Shown: one piece after another, positions 22,621-34,401 of the stretch
Position numbering within the stretch: the first letter of the stretch is position 1
Layout of the letters: every line of letters begins with the position of its first letter
Source: Eledone cirrhosa
Lineage: Eukaryota
Length of the DNA: 64,000 bases
Assembly (NCBI GenBank): GCA_964016885.1
Contig: OZ024741.1
Span: 210,428,001 to 210,492,000 of the forward strand
Direction: 5' to 3'
Program-made: the position numbers and the translations under genes
The notes under the pieces: model-generated
The model's input: only the letters and a program-made list of their open reading frames with translations
The model's database searches: none
Told to the model about the DNA's origin: nothing

Positions 22621-25600
22621 CTACAGGCTGATATAGAGAGAAGGCCCATTCACTCGGGCCATTCTCGCCACTTTCACCCACCTTTCATAAAACTTGCTGG
22701 GGTACAGCACCTCTCTCTCCATCCTGATTCTTCTTCCAAAGTGGTATTTGAAAAAAAGAATCAGTTGTTGGCCGGAGAGAAAGGTGTCTGACCTCAGCCC
22801 TTTCAACCTTGTCCACCATACAACCTCTTTCGCCATAGCTATCACACAAAGGAAAACCGCCTCTCCTTCGTTTTTGAAGGAGGGTGGCGGTTTGATCATG
22901 ACGATGGACTCGGTGGTCAACTGGACTGGTCCCACCCGCGACAATAGTCGTTCTACATAGCCCCACAGGTCAGTGACGCCCGGGCAGTGTATGAATGCGT
23001 GCGCGACGGTTTCTTCGTCTCGCACGCACCTCGGACATATCTTTTTTGCAGGGTCCCTGCCCGGGCGCCCATGTCTGTAGAGATTGTCTCGAACTGGTAG
23101 AGCTCCTCGGTAGCACTGCCAGGCTAAGGACTTTTGGAAGTTGTCCATCGGTCCCGGGCGGAAGGTCCTACCGAACAGACTGGCCAGTTCATCTTCCTCT
23201 ACGCCTGGAGTTTCACCGAGCGCGTCGTCGCACTTGCTGCGGACTAACCCTCTATAGAATGACGAAGTGGAGTCTCCACTGATCGCCGGGTCCGCCTGCC
23301 AGAGGGCTGTGAGCGCCTGAGCACATTCGATGTGCCAGTCGCCCATTTTCCTCGGTCTTTGCTTGACTCAGGACTACAGCTCGGTCAGCGAGACGAGTCG
23401 TGGGAAGGCTCGCCTCACGAACGGGGCCCACACCGGTTGTCCGGTGAGGAATACGTAGAGACGCCGCAGCCTGAGTGCGTGTTTGCGCATCGTCAACCAC
23501 GGCATCCCCAGCCCTCCGTTAGAAGGGTGTTGGCAGCAGATGGATCTTCTCACCAAAGGAGCCCGCCTTTTCCAAAGGAATCGGAAGAGCGCGCGCTCCA
23601 TTTTGGCGAGCGTTTTGGCTGGACAAGGCACGACGGTCAAGCGGTAGTAGATGGCGGACGCTATAAAAGTGTTCGCCACCTCCGCTCGACCTTTCAAGGA
23701 TAGTTTGCACTCGGCCCACTTCTGGGTGAGTGCAAACACCTTGGCCGTCACTTCGTTCCAGTTCTTCTCCACCTGGAGGTCCGGACCAAACCAGACCCCG
23801 AGCAGCTTTACCGGTCCTTCCGTCCAGCGTCCGACGACGCCATCGGAAGGCATCGGTCTGCTTCTCCACGATCCGAGTTGCAAACCGATGGACTTGTCCC
23901 GGTTCAGCTTCGCTCCTGTGAGACTTTCGTATTCCTTTAGTAAGGTGCCGACTTCCTCGATTTGCGAGGCGCTCGACACCATTACTGTCACTGCTTTCCG
24001 CAGTCCCGGTTCCAGAGGGATGCCCTGCACTAGCTCCAGCTTCCGCAGCAGTGGCTCGAGAGTCAGTACGTACAGAAGGGAGGAGAGAGGGCATCCCTGT
24101 CGAATGGATCGCGTAATATGGAACGGCTCCGAGAGGTAGCCGTTCAACTTGACCCTTGAGCAGTTGTTGCTGTTGTGCATTGCAGCAATCCAGCCCCTGA
24201 ACACGGGTCCGAAGCCTGCCGCCTCGAGCACCGCATCCAGGTAACGATGGTCAACCCTATCGAAAGCCTTAGACTGATCCAAGTTGATCAGGGGCCCACC
24301 GAAGCCGGGTTTACACCCTACCCTCTCTATGATGTATCGCATGAGGTGGAGGTTGTCGTGTATGGACCTGGTCGGGATTGCGCATGTCTGCGCTTCTCCC
24401 ACCAGGTTCTCGACGACAAGCGCCAGCCTCTTTGCCAACACCTTGGCCAAAATCTGTAACTCTGTGTTTAGCAGAGTTATGGGCCGGAAGTTGCCTATGT
24501 GATCCCCCTTATTCTCGTCCTTCCTGATTAGTGTGACCACGCCCCCGGTTACAGAACTGGGAATTCTCCCGTTCTGTTGCCAGTTGCAGTAGACCGCTTC
24601 CAGGAGACCGGAGAATAAGTCCGGCATTGCTACGTAAAATTCGTAGGGTAGACCGTCGAGACCTTGAGATTTGCGTTTGCCGCATTGGCTCAGCGCGTCC
24701 CCTATCTCAGTGGCTGAAATTGGCTTTTCGCAGAACTTTGCCCCGCTGTCCGAGAGTCGCGGTAGGCCGTCGAGGTATGGACCGAAATCCATAGCCTCTC
24801 CCGGCGCGCCGCTCCCCCCGAACAGCCGAGCAAAGTGCCGCTGAAAAGCCGCACACATCTGCTTCGGCTCACGTACACGCGTCCGTTTTGGTCCCTCAAA
24901 GACCGAATCGTGGACTTGTTGCCACTTTTTGCCTCCGTCACTCGGGCCCAGCTAACAGCTTTGGCTCCCTCGTTTCCCAGAGCACGTATTTTGCTTCTGA
25001 CAACGCAGCCCTCGTGCTTTGCGTCGAAGAACTGGTCCAAGGCCGTTCTCGTTGCTCGCACGCTGGCTACGTTGCCACTTCTAATTGCCTCTTCTACTTT
25101 ATCTACCAGTTCCTTCTCGGTTCTATTTCTATCTAACGCTAATTCTTTACTAAAAACTATCGAGTCTAATCTAACTGCCCTCTTGAGAGAGTACCACCAT
25201 CTGTTGTTGACAATGGCCCCTGTCAAGTGCTGTTTAACTAAAGTGCTAATCCGTCTACTGTAGGCTTTGCTTGTCGGTAACGACAAGTTCAGCTTCCAGT
25301 AGCCAGGTCCTTGTCTATGGGTTCTATCAAGGTTGGCCATGCAGGTCACTAGTTTGTGATCTGAATAGGCAACCATGAACATTTGTGGACAGCTTAACAT
25401 GTCCCTATCCTTATTTCTAACTAGAACCCTATCTAGGTACGATCTAGATGTTCCGCTACGATTACTCCACGTCCACATTGGCGCAGTCGGAAAATCTAGT
25501 CGATATCTATCGGCCAGGTCAAATCGGTCGATTAACTGTTTGAGGCTGTTACACCCCCCTTTATCGGGACATGCTCCCACATAGTCCCAACGTGCATCTA

Positions 25601-26036
25601 GGATTCCATTCCAGTCCCCCACTAAAAGTAAGGAGCGGGACGTTCCCAGAACAGTCTCTAGACGTTTGAAGAAGTCTGGCCGCGGTGTCCCGGATGGGGC
25701 ATATGCGGCCACCAGCCTGAAGGCTCCACCTTCACTACCGTCAACGTCTAGGACCACCAGTCGACCCTCTGGGTCCAGATGTACTGTCTGTGTTACGAGG
25801 CCCAGGTGTTTCCGCAGCAAAACGGCAACTCCGCCCCCTCCTCCCGGTTGACAGAGAGATGCGTAGATCTCAAAGTCATCGAAGATTGGGGCCAGCTGTC
25901 GCTCGCCGTGGATCCTGGACTCGCAAATGGCTACCACATCCATACTGTGCGACCTGAGGTCGTTTAAGAGTTTGCCCTGTTTCCAGGGCATCCCCAGGCC
26001 GCGTACGTTCACACATCCAACTCTTATATTGGCCAT
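22621..26036 (-). pseudogene. Copy B ORF2 (APE, RT, zinc finger) with two frameshifts and YADD deleted
   Basis: ORFs 24702-26036 (NVRGL, CESR, AYAP, GDWN, SDH), 23374-24858 and 22621-23346. LRKAVTVMV lacks SAYADDV. Confidence 0.9.
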
Positions 26037-26069
26037 GTTGGTGCTGAAAAGTTAAAAGAGGAAAAGAGA

Positions 26070-27955
26070 TCACTCACCCTTCGCCTCCTGGGGACCAGGC
26101 CGCACGATTTCCATGGGGGTGTTGGAGGGGTTGTCTGGATGGGTGGTGGTTTCCGGCGGGGTGGGGATGCATATGTTTGGTGGGGTGGGGTCTGGTGGGA
26201 TGGGGGTGTCTGGGGTGGGGAGGCATTTGAGAAGGACGCGGTTGAGTGGTTTCACGCAGGAATTCCCCACATCCTTCTCAAATGTTTCTTTTAGGGATCT
26301 ATAAGTTTGTATAGGGACCCTAATCAGTTTTAGGTTCAGTTTTTTGCTATTTTTTATAGAGTGGGCGAAAGTTTTCCTTTCGGGGAAAACCGAAGGGTCG
26401 TTCGTGATGGTCTCCATTAGTGTTTTGTTTTCAGTGTTTATGTAAGTGTAAGTGTAAATTTCTTGTGTTGTGTTTGTTTTTGTCTGTACTTCTTGTGTGT
26501 GCTTTCGTTTTGTTGTTGGTATTTTGTTTTCAGGAGGTGGGGGTTTTGTTTGTGATATTTTCGTTGTTTGTGTTGGTGGTTGTATGTTTGTGGTAGTGTT
26601 TGCTGGTTTTTTGCTTTTGTGATGTCTTTTCTTTCTTTTCGAGCGATGGGGTTCTCCCTCGTCTTCACTGGGTGATGGCGAGATAGCCTCATCTGTTGTA
26701 TCGTCTGTGTGATTGGGGAGGGGTATGTCTTGGGGAGCTGTTGTGTCTGTATGTGATTTTGCAGTGGTTTTAGGTTGAGTGGGGTTGGGTGGGACTGTGT
26801 TTGTTGTGGTTATTTTTGTGTGTTGGTGTTGTTGTTGTTGTGGTGGTGTTGGTGCTTGTGTTGTTTTGATGGGTGTCGGCAGAAGAGCCTATTTTTGGTT
26901 CATTAGTTTAGGACAGGAAGCCCTCAGGTGACCCCTGCTAAAGCAATGGTAACATGAAGGCCGCCTACCCTCAACCGAAAGGTTTATGTAGGTGAGTCCG
27001 TCCAGGAGTACACGCTGTGGGATCATAGCTATTCGCTCTGGGCTCATTTGCACCAGAACTTCAATGCTAGTCCCATTGAATACATCTCTGGGGGACTTTC
27101 CTACTGACAGTATTCTGTCTTCATCAAAATTGATGAAGCCGCACAGTATCCACCATATGTTCACCTTTGGTGTGACACTTGTGATTCTGATCTTTTGTGT
27201 CCTTTTTCCCATGTATGTAGGGAAAAAGGTGTACAGGTTGGATACAATTGGCGACACAGAGTAATTTTGGGCCGTCAATTAATCCTTCATGAGTACCGAA
27301 ATACTCCCAAAAAGTTTGCTTCTTTGAATGAATGCAATATCATTCATTGAATCTTTGAAAACCAGTTCAATATCTTTCTGTGACAATTGGACTGGTTTTC
27401 GGGTAGAATTGGAAACTGTCCTAAAAACTATCGTTTTGAGAGCAGTTTCCTTGCGAATTTCTACCGGAGAATTTATGCTGAAAGCACCATTTTTTTCGAA
27501 GGTGACATATCTTTTATGTCGAGATATATCAATTGTTGTTTCTTTTGAACTTTCTCCGCAAAGGAGATTTTTGGTTTCTTTGTGGAATCCGTATTGGTGG
27601 TGTTGTCATTATTGTTGTTATTGTTGTTGTTATTCTTGTTGTCACCGATGTTGGTATCATCCGTATTTTCCTTGGTGTTGTTGTTGTCTTTGATGCTGGT
27701 GTTATTGGCGTTGTCTTTATTTTTTTCTTTGTTGTTGTTATCATTGTTGCTTTTATCATCATTATTGGTTTTGCTGTTATTTTTGTTGTCATTGAACTGT
27801 TTGGTGTCATTTGTGTTGTTTGGATATGAATTCGTTTTTTTATTTTCATTTTGTCTTTCCATCTCTATAGTATCTAGTGAAGAAGACGTTGTTGACTGCG
27901 AGCTTTGTAGTCTTACCGCCTCTCCACCACCATTATCGTTGGACGCAGCGTTCAT
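26070..27955 (-). pseudogene. Copy B ORF1 (gag-like, CCHC zinc knuckle), disrupted
   Basis: Fragments 27473-27955, 26889-27278 (EGRRPSCYHCFSRGHLRASC) and 26070-26417 align to ORF1 of copies C and D. Confidence 0.85.
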
Positions 27956-28173
27956 AACGTAATCAAAATTTTACAATATTTTTTTCCAAGATTCGATGGA
28001 GAAAAATTTTTTAAATGGATATTCTGCCCCTGAAGGGGCGAAAATGAGTTGACCCACCAGCTGAAGGTCCAGCCGGGTGGTCAAGTTACACAATGATATA
28101 ACATTTAACTAAAAACTCACGTTTTTTTCTTACATAAATTAACGGAAACTTCTCCGCGAAGTGACACACGACT

Positions 28174-28271
28174 GATAGACAGATAGATAGATAGATAGAT
28201 AGATGGATATATATAGATGGATATATATAGATAGATATATAGATAGAGAGATAGATAGATAGATAGATAGA
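28174..28271. repeat. (GATA)n tract between copies B and C
   Basis: Seen directly. Confidence 0.95.
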
Positions 28272-28486
28272 TTTCTTTATTTACCATAAAGGCATAAAAA
28301 GAAGGGACAAATACAAAGGGGGAGTTTACATATAATCGAGTAAAAAGGGTGTAACATGAAAATAATCGAAAATAACCTCAAAAGGGAGGGGACGTGATGG
28401 GGGTTGCACACACCCCCGAAAAAGTGTGCAATCCTTTGCCCGGGGAGCACATGGAGAAGGTGCTCCCCTCTCCTTTACTTCTTTAC

Positions 28487-31400
28487 CTACAGGATGGTAT
28501 ACAGAGAAGGCCCATTTACACGAGCCATTCTCGCCACTATCACCCACCTTTCATAAAACTGCCTGTGGCCAAGCACCTCTCTCTCCATTCTTATCCTTCT
28601 TCCGAAGTGATATCGGAAGAAGTAGACCAGACTATGGCCAGAGAGGAAGTTGCCTGACCTCAGACCTTTCAATCGTGTCCACCAAACAACCTCTTTCAAC
28701 ATGGCTATTACGCACAGAAAAACCGCCTTTGCTTCCTTTGTGAAGAGGGGAGGCGGTTTGATTGTCATCACGGACTCGGCGGTCAATTTAATCGGCGCCA
28801 CCCGCGACAGCAGTTGTTCGGCGTAGCCCCACAGATCAGCCACGCCCGGACATTGCACCAATGCGTGCGCTACGGTTTCTTCGTGACGCACGCATCTAGG
28901 GCAAATCTTTTTTGAGGGATCCCTGCCCGGGCGCCCGTGTCTGTAGAGCCTCTCTCGAACGGGTAGAGCCCCTCGGTAGCACTGCCAGGCCAGTGACTTC
29001 TGGAAGTTGTCCATTGGTCCTGGGCCGAAAGTCCTACCGAACAGGCTGGCCAGTTCGTCTTCCTCCATGTCCAGCGACTCTCCAAGGGTGTCATCGCCCC
29101 TGCTAGCCACCAGCCCTCTATAGAATGATGAGGTGGATTCTCCACCGATGGCCCGGCCCGCTTGCCAGAGAGCCCTGAGCGCCTGAGCACACTCAGTGTG
29201 CCAGTCTCCCAGTTTTCCGGATCTTTGCTTGACCCAGGACTGTAGCTCGGTGAGTGAGACGAGTCTCGGAAAGGCTCGTTTCACGAACGGAGCCCACACC
29301 GGTTGACCAGTGAGGAATACCTGTAGGTGCCGTAGCCTTAATGCGTGCCTACGCATCATCAACCACGGCATCCCCAGCCCTCCTTTCGAAGGTTGTTGGC
29401 AGCAGATGGATCTTCTCACCATAGGAGGACGCTTCTTCCAAAGAAATTGGAAGAGCATGCGTTCCATGGTGGTGAGTGTTTCCTTAGGGCAAGGCACGAC
29501 AGTCAGGCGGTAGTAAGTGACGGACGCTATGTAAATGTTCGCCACCTCCGCCCGGCCTTTTAGGGACAGCTTACACTTGGCCCATTTCTGGGTTAGTGCA
29601 AACACCTTGTTCGTAACATCGTTCCAGTTCTTTTCCACCTAGAGGTCCGGTCCAAACCAGACCCCAAGCAACTTTACCGGGCCCTCCGTCCAGTGTCCGA
29701 CGACACCATCAGGAGGCATCGGTTTGCCTCTCCACGTTCCGAGTTGCAGCCCGATGGATTTTTCCCGGTTCAGTTTCGCTCCTGACAACCTTTCGTACTC
29801 CTCCAGTAAGGTACCGATCGCCTCGATCTCCGAGTCGGTTGATACCATTACTGTTACGTCATCGGCGTAGGCCGACACCGCTTTGCTCAATCCTGGTTCC
29901 AGGGGGATACCCTGCAACAACTCCAACTTCCTCAGTAAAGGCTCGAGAGTCAATACGTACAGAAGGGAGGAGAGAGGGCACCCCTGTCGAATGGATCGTG
30001 TGATTTCGAACGGCTTCGAAAGGTAGCCGTTCACCTTGATCCTAGAACAGATGTGGTTGCTATGTAGGGCAGTGATCCAGCCTCTGAAAACAGGACCGAA
30101 CCCAGCCGCCGCTAGCACCGCATCCAGGTAACCATGGTCGACCCTATCGAAGGCCTTAGACTGATCCAAGTTGATCAGGGCCCCACCGAAGCCGGGTTTG
30201 TTGCCAACCCTCTCTATGATGTATCGCATGAGGTGGAGGTTATCGTGAATGGACCTGGATGGGATAGCACATGTCTGCGCATCTCCCACCAGGCCACCCA
30301 CGACAAGCGCCAACCTCTTTGCTAACACCTTGGCCAAAATCTTTAACTCTGTGTTTAGCAGGGTTATGGGCCGAAAATTATTTATACTATCCCCCTTGTT
30401 CTCGTCCTTCCTCACCAGCGTGACTACGCCCTTGGCTACAGAACAAGGAATTCTCCCGTTCTGCTGCCAATTGGAGTAGACCGCTTCGAGGATTTCGGAG
30501 AAGAAGACCGGCATTGCTAAATAAAGTTCGTAAGGTATACCATCGAGACCTGGAGATTTGCGTCTGCTGCATTGGCTCAGCGCATCTCCGATCTCATCAG
30601 CCGAGATTGGTCCCTCGCAGGACTCTGCCTCTTTGTTCGAGAGACGCGGCAGGCCGTCGAGGTATGGACCGAAATCCACGCCCCGGCCCGGACCCTCGCC
30701 TCCTCCGAACAATCGGGCAAAGTGCTTTTGAAAGGCCTCGCACATCTGCTTAGGCTCCCGGATCACTCGTCCATCTTCGTCTTGCAACGACCGGATGGTG
30801 GATCGATTTCCACTCTTAGCTTCTGTCACGCGGGCCCATCCAACGGCTTTGGCCCCCTCATTACCTAGAGCACGTATTTTACTTCGAATGACGCAGCCTT
30901 CATGCTTTACATCGAAAAACTGGTTCAAGGCCGTCCTCGATGCCAGCACTCTGGCCACATCTTCGCTCTTGATTGCCTCTTCTAATTTACCTGTTAATTC
31001 TTTCTCGTTTCTATTCCTATCGGCAGCTAACATCTTGCTATAACTTATTGATTCTGTTCTAATCTCTCTTTTGAGAGATGCCCACCATCGGTTGTTGACG
31101 ATTGCACCCGTCAACCTCTCCTTAACTAATCTGCTAATCCGGTTTCTGTAAGTCTCTTTTGCCGGTAAAGACAAATTAAGTTTCCAGTAACCGGGACCCT
31201 GTCTATGTGTTTTCTCGAGATTGACCACGCAGGTCACTAATTTGTGATCCGTGTAGCCAACCGTGCGCATTTCTGGACAGCTTAATATGTCCCTATCCTT
31301 ACTTCTAACTAAGAATCTATCTAAGTACGATCTAGATTGACCACTGTGGTTTCTCCAAGTCCAGGTAGGCACAGTTGGAAAATCTAGTCGATATCTATCG

Positions 31401-31928
31401 ACCAAGTTAAAACGGTCGAGTAACCCCTTGAGGCTGTTACACCCCCCCCCCTCTATTAGGACATGCTCCTGCATAGTCCCAACGTGCATCCAGGATGTCA
31501 TTCCAATCCCCCGCTAGAAACAGGGAACGCGACGTTCCCAGAAAAGTCTCCAAACGCTGGAAGAAGTCGGGCCGTTCAGCTCCGAAAGGGGAGTAGACGG
31601 CGACCAGTCTCAAGGCCGCACTTTCACTACTGCCAACGTCTAGCACCAACAAACGACCCTCCGGGTCCGAGTGCACAACCTGTACGGCAAGACCCAGGTG
31701 TTTTTGCAGCAGTACGACAACCCCACCCCCACCTTCAGGTTGACAGAGAGATGCATGCACCTCAAAGTCATCGAAGGTGGGGGCCAGCTGCCGCATGACG
31801 CTGATTCGAGTCTCACAGATAACCATTACATTTATACTACATGACCTGAGGTCATTTAGAAGCTTTGCTTGCTTCCAAGTTGAGCCCAGGCCACGTGCAT
31901 TCAAACATCCTACTCTTAACACATCCAT
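28487..31928 (-). pseudogene. Copy C ORF2 with one homopolymer frameshift (C10 at 31442-31451 versus C6 in A, B, D) and one premature TAG (29639-29641)
   Basis: ORFs 31437-31928, 29639-31501 and 28487-29638 concatenate to a full APE-RT-zinc finger protein. Confidence 0.9.
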
Positions 31929-31961
31929 GTGGGCGGCAGAGCCAAAGGAGAGTGTAGAGAC

Positions 31962-33749
31962 CTACCTTTCCGCTTCCCGGGGTTCGGGTTGCACGACTTC
32001 CATGGGGTCGGGGGTGTTGGGTGAAGGGGTGTCTTGTGGTGGTGTGGGGTCGTCAGTGTGTGGTGGGGTTGGGGTGTTTGGAGTTGTGTTGGGGAGGGGA
32101 AGGGGAGGGGGAAAGCTTTTTAGTAGGACGCGGTTTATAGGTTTGACAGAGGGTGGTCCTACGTCCTCCTTAAAATCCTTTTTTAGTTTTTGGTAGAGGT
32201 TCATTGGGATTTTTATTAGTTTTAAATGTGGGTGGTTTTCTGACGAAACAAAGTTTACACCTTCGGTTTGTACCGAAGGATTATTGTATATGAGTTCATT
32301 TAATTTATTATTGTTTCTGTTGATGTAAGTATAGTGTAATGTCTTTTTTTCCGATGGTGTGAGTGTTTCGAAGAGGGGAGGGGCAGGTTTGGTTTTGTTT
32401 GTTGCTGGAGGGGTGTTTTCTGTTTTGTTGGATTGTGTTGCGATTTGGGTGGGGGTTGTTTGTCCTTGTGTGTTTTGCACATGTTTTCTTTTTTTCCTTT
32501 TAATCTGTCTGAAGGACTCCGTTTCTTCCTCCGAATTCGTTGGGTTATCTTCAGTGTTGGAGGGAAGAGGTATGTTTGCTGGTAATGTTTCCGTGTTGGT
32601 TTTCTTTGTGGGGGAGATGGATGTCACTATGTTAGACTGTGTTGTGTGTTGTGTCTGCGGTGGTTGTGTTGTTTTATTGAGTGAGAGGTTGGGTGGGCCT
32701 GTATTTTGTTTTGGGGTAATGTGTTGTGACTGTTTGTGTTGTGGTGGTGTTGTGGTTTTACTGAGGGATGGGTTGGGTGGGACTGAGTTTTGTTGTTTGT
32801 TTATCTGTTGTGGTGGTGGTGGTGGAGCAGGTGTTGGTAGCAGGGTTTTCTTTTTGTTGAGTTGGGGACAAGCGGCCTTCAGGTGCCCTCTGCCTGCACA
32901 GATATGGCAGGACGGCCTTCTCCCCTCCACGCTAATGTTTATATACCCGTGGTCCTCTAATAGGATTCTGTCGGGTATTTGGGCGATGCGTTCAGGCTTC
33001 ATTTGTACTACCAGCTCTATACCTGTTCCACTGAACGCATTGCCTGTGGTTTTCCCAATGGAAATCACGTTGTCATTCACTGGATCGATGAAGCCAGCTA
33101 TGAGCCAGCAGTAGTCCACATCTGGCATCATTGCATCCAGCCATGTGCGTTGAGTTCTTTTCCCCATATAAGATGGATAAAAGGTGAAATTTTTCGAACG
33201 AATCGGTGACAAAGCACATTTTTTTGCCGCCGATTCGTTCTTCATGATAATTGCTAGGCTTCCATACAGTCTGTCTTTTCTTATGAAAGTGGTTTCATTA
33301 AGTACTTCTGTGAGTACTGTTTTGATATCTGCTTGAGAAGGCTGTTCAGGTTTTTTTGTACTGTTGTTGATGGTCCGAAACTTGACCGTTCGGCTTTCAA
33401 TGTCTTTCGTGAATTCTTGAGGCATTTTTACCAATAAAATACCATTCTCACCTTCACTTATGTATTGTTTTGCGTCCGTGATCCTTCGTACCACATCTGA
33501 AATGTTTTCCGCTATATAAGTCAAAGATTTCTTTGTTTTCTGTGCAAATGAGATCTTGTCGTCTGCTTTGTTTTCTGATATGGTGTTATTTTCAACTGTT
33601 ATTTTTTTGTTTGTTGTGTCTTTGTTTGTGTTATTAGTATTGTCATGCAATTTTTCAAATTTTTTTTTTTCGTTGTTGGAATCCAAGTCCAGATTTATGT
33701 TTTCGTCATTTAATTTTTTCTCCGCAGATTCGTCCGTTTTTATTTTCAT
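31962..33749 (-). CDS. Copy C ORF1 (nucleic-acid-binding, CCHC knuckle, Pro/Thr-rich linker)
   Basis: CHICAGRGHLKAAC (CX2CX4HX4C); homologous to ORF1 of B and D. The true start is probably ATG ~33862 (MLNAAN, compare B MNAAS) across a frameshift. Confidence 0.85.
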   Translation of the reverse strand: MKIKTDESAEKKLNDENINLDLDSNNEKKKFEKLHDNTNNTNKDTTNKKITVENNTISENKADDKISFAQKTKKSLTYIAENISDVVRRITDAKQYISEGENGILLVKMPQEFTKDIESRTVKFRTINNSTKKPEQPSQADIKTVLTEVLNETTFIRKDRLYGSLAIIMKNESAAKKCALSPIRSKNFTFYPSYMGKRTQRTWLDAMMPDVDYCWLIAGFIDPVNDNVISIGKTTGNAFSGTGIELVVQMKPERIAQIPDRILLEDHGYINISVEGRRPSCHICAGRGHLKAACPQLNKKKTLLPTPAPPPPPQQINKQQNSVPPNPSLSKTTTPPQHKQSQHITPKQNTGPPNLSLNKTTQPPQTQHTTQSNIVTSISPTKKTNTETLPANIPLPSNTEDNPTNSEEETESFRQIKRKKRKHVQNTQGQTTPTQIATQSNKTENTPPATNKTKPAPPLFETLTPSEKKTLHYTYINRNNNKLNELIYNNPSVQTEGVNFVSSENHPHLKLIKIPMNLYQKLKKDFKEDVGPPSVKPINRVLLKSFPPPLPLPNTTPNTPTPPHTDDPTPPQDTPSPNTPDPMEVVQPEPREAER

Positions 33750-34102
33750 TTTTCCTTCCTTCTCTATGACGTTAGTTAGGAAGGAAGGGAGGACTAAAGC
33801 GTGCGAGCTTACAACTCTTACCGCTGTCCCCCACCACTATTTTCGTTCGCTGCGTTTAACATTTCTGTTAGACGATTGAAATTTTTTACACAAAATTTTT
33901 TAAAACAGGTTTTTCACCTCTAGGAGGGGTAAAGATGAGCTGACCCACCGCCTGACAGTTCAGACGGAGGGTCAAGCTACACAATTGTATCAAAATAAAG
34001 TTTGAACTCACAAAATTTCCTCAATAAATTTGAACAAAACTTCTGTGCGAAGTGAATGACATCCACACTGTAGAACAGACGACAGCTAGATTAAAAGGTT
34101 AT

Positions 34103-34149
<47 letters not shown>
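34103..34149. repeat. (GATA)n tail of copy D
   Basis: Seen directly. Confidence 0.95.
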
Positions 34150-34170
<21 letters not shown>

Positions 34171-34401
34171 ATTTCTATTTATTTGCCACGAGGGCACAAA
34201 AGAAGGGGACATTTACACAGTGGGGGAGTTTACATAAATCGAGTAAAGAAAAAAGGAATAACAATAATAATATAACAATAAAAAGTCCTCAAAAGGGAGG
34301 GGGCGTGTTGGGGATTGCACATACCCCCGAAAAGTGTGCAACTCTTTTCGCGGGGGAAGCCCAGAGAGGAGGCGCTCCCCCTTTCCTCTTCACTTCTTCA
34401 C

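Larger units (their letters stand above)
22381..28173 (-). mobile_element. Tx1-like element, copy B (full length, decayed)
   Basis: 5' end tCAGTCgtgtgtcacttcgc next to GATA; broken ORF1 and ORF2; conserved 3'UTR with AATAAA and a TATC tail. Confidence 0.92.
28272..34070 (-). mobile_element. Tx1-like element, copy C (full length)
   Basis: 5' end CAGTgtggatgtcattcacttcgc, ORF1, ORF2, and a 3'UTR identical by eye to copy A. Confidence 0.92.
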
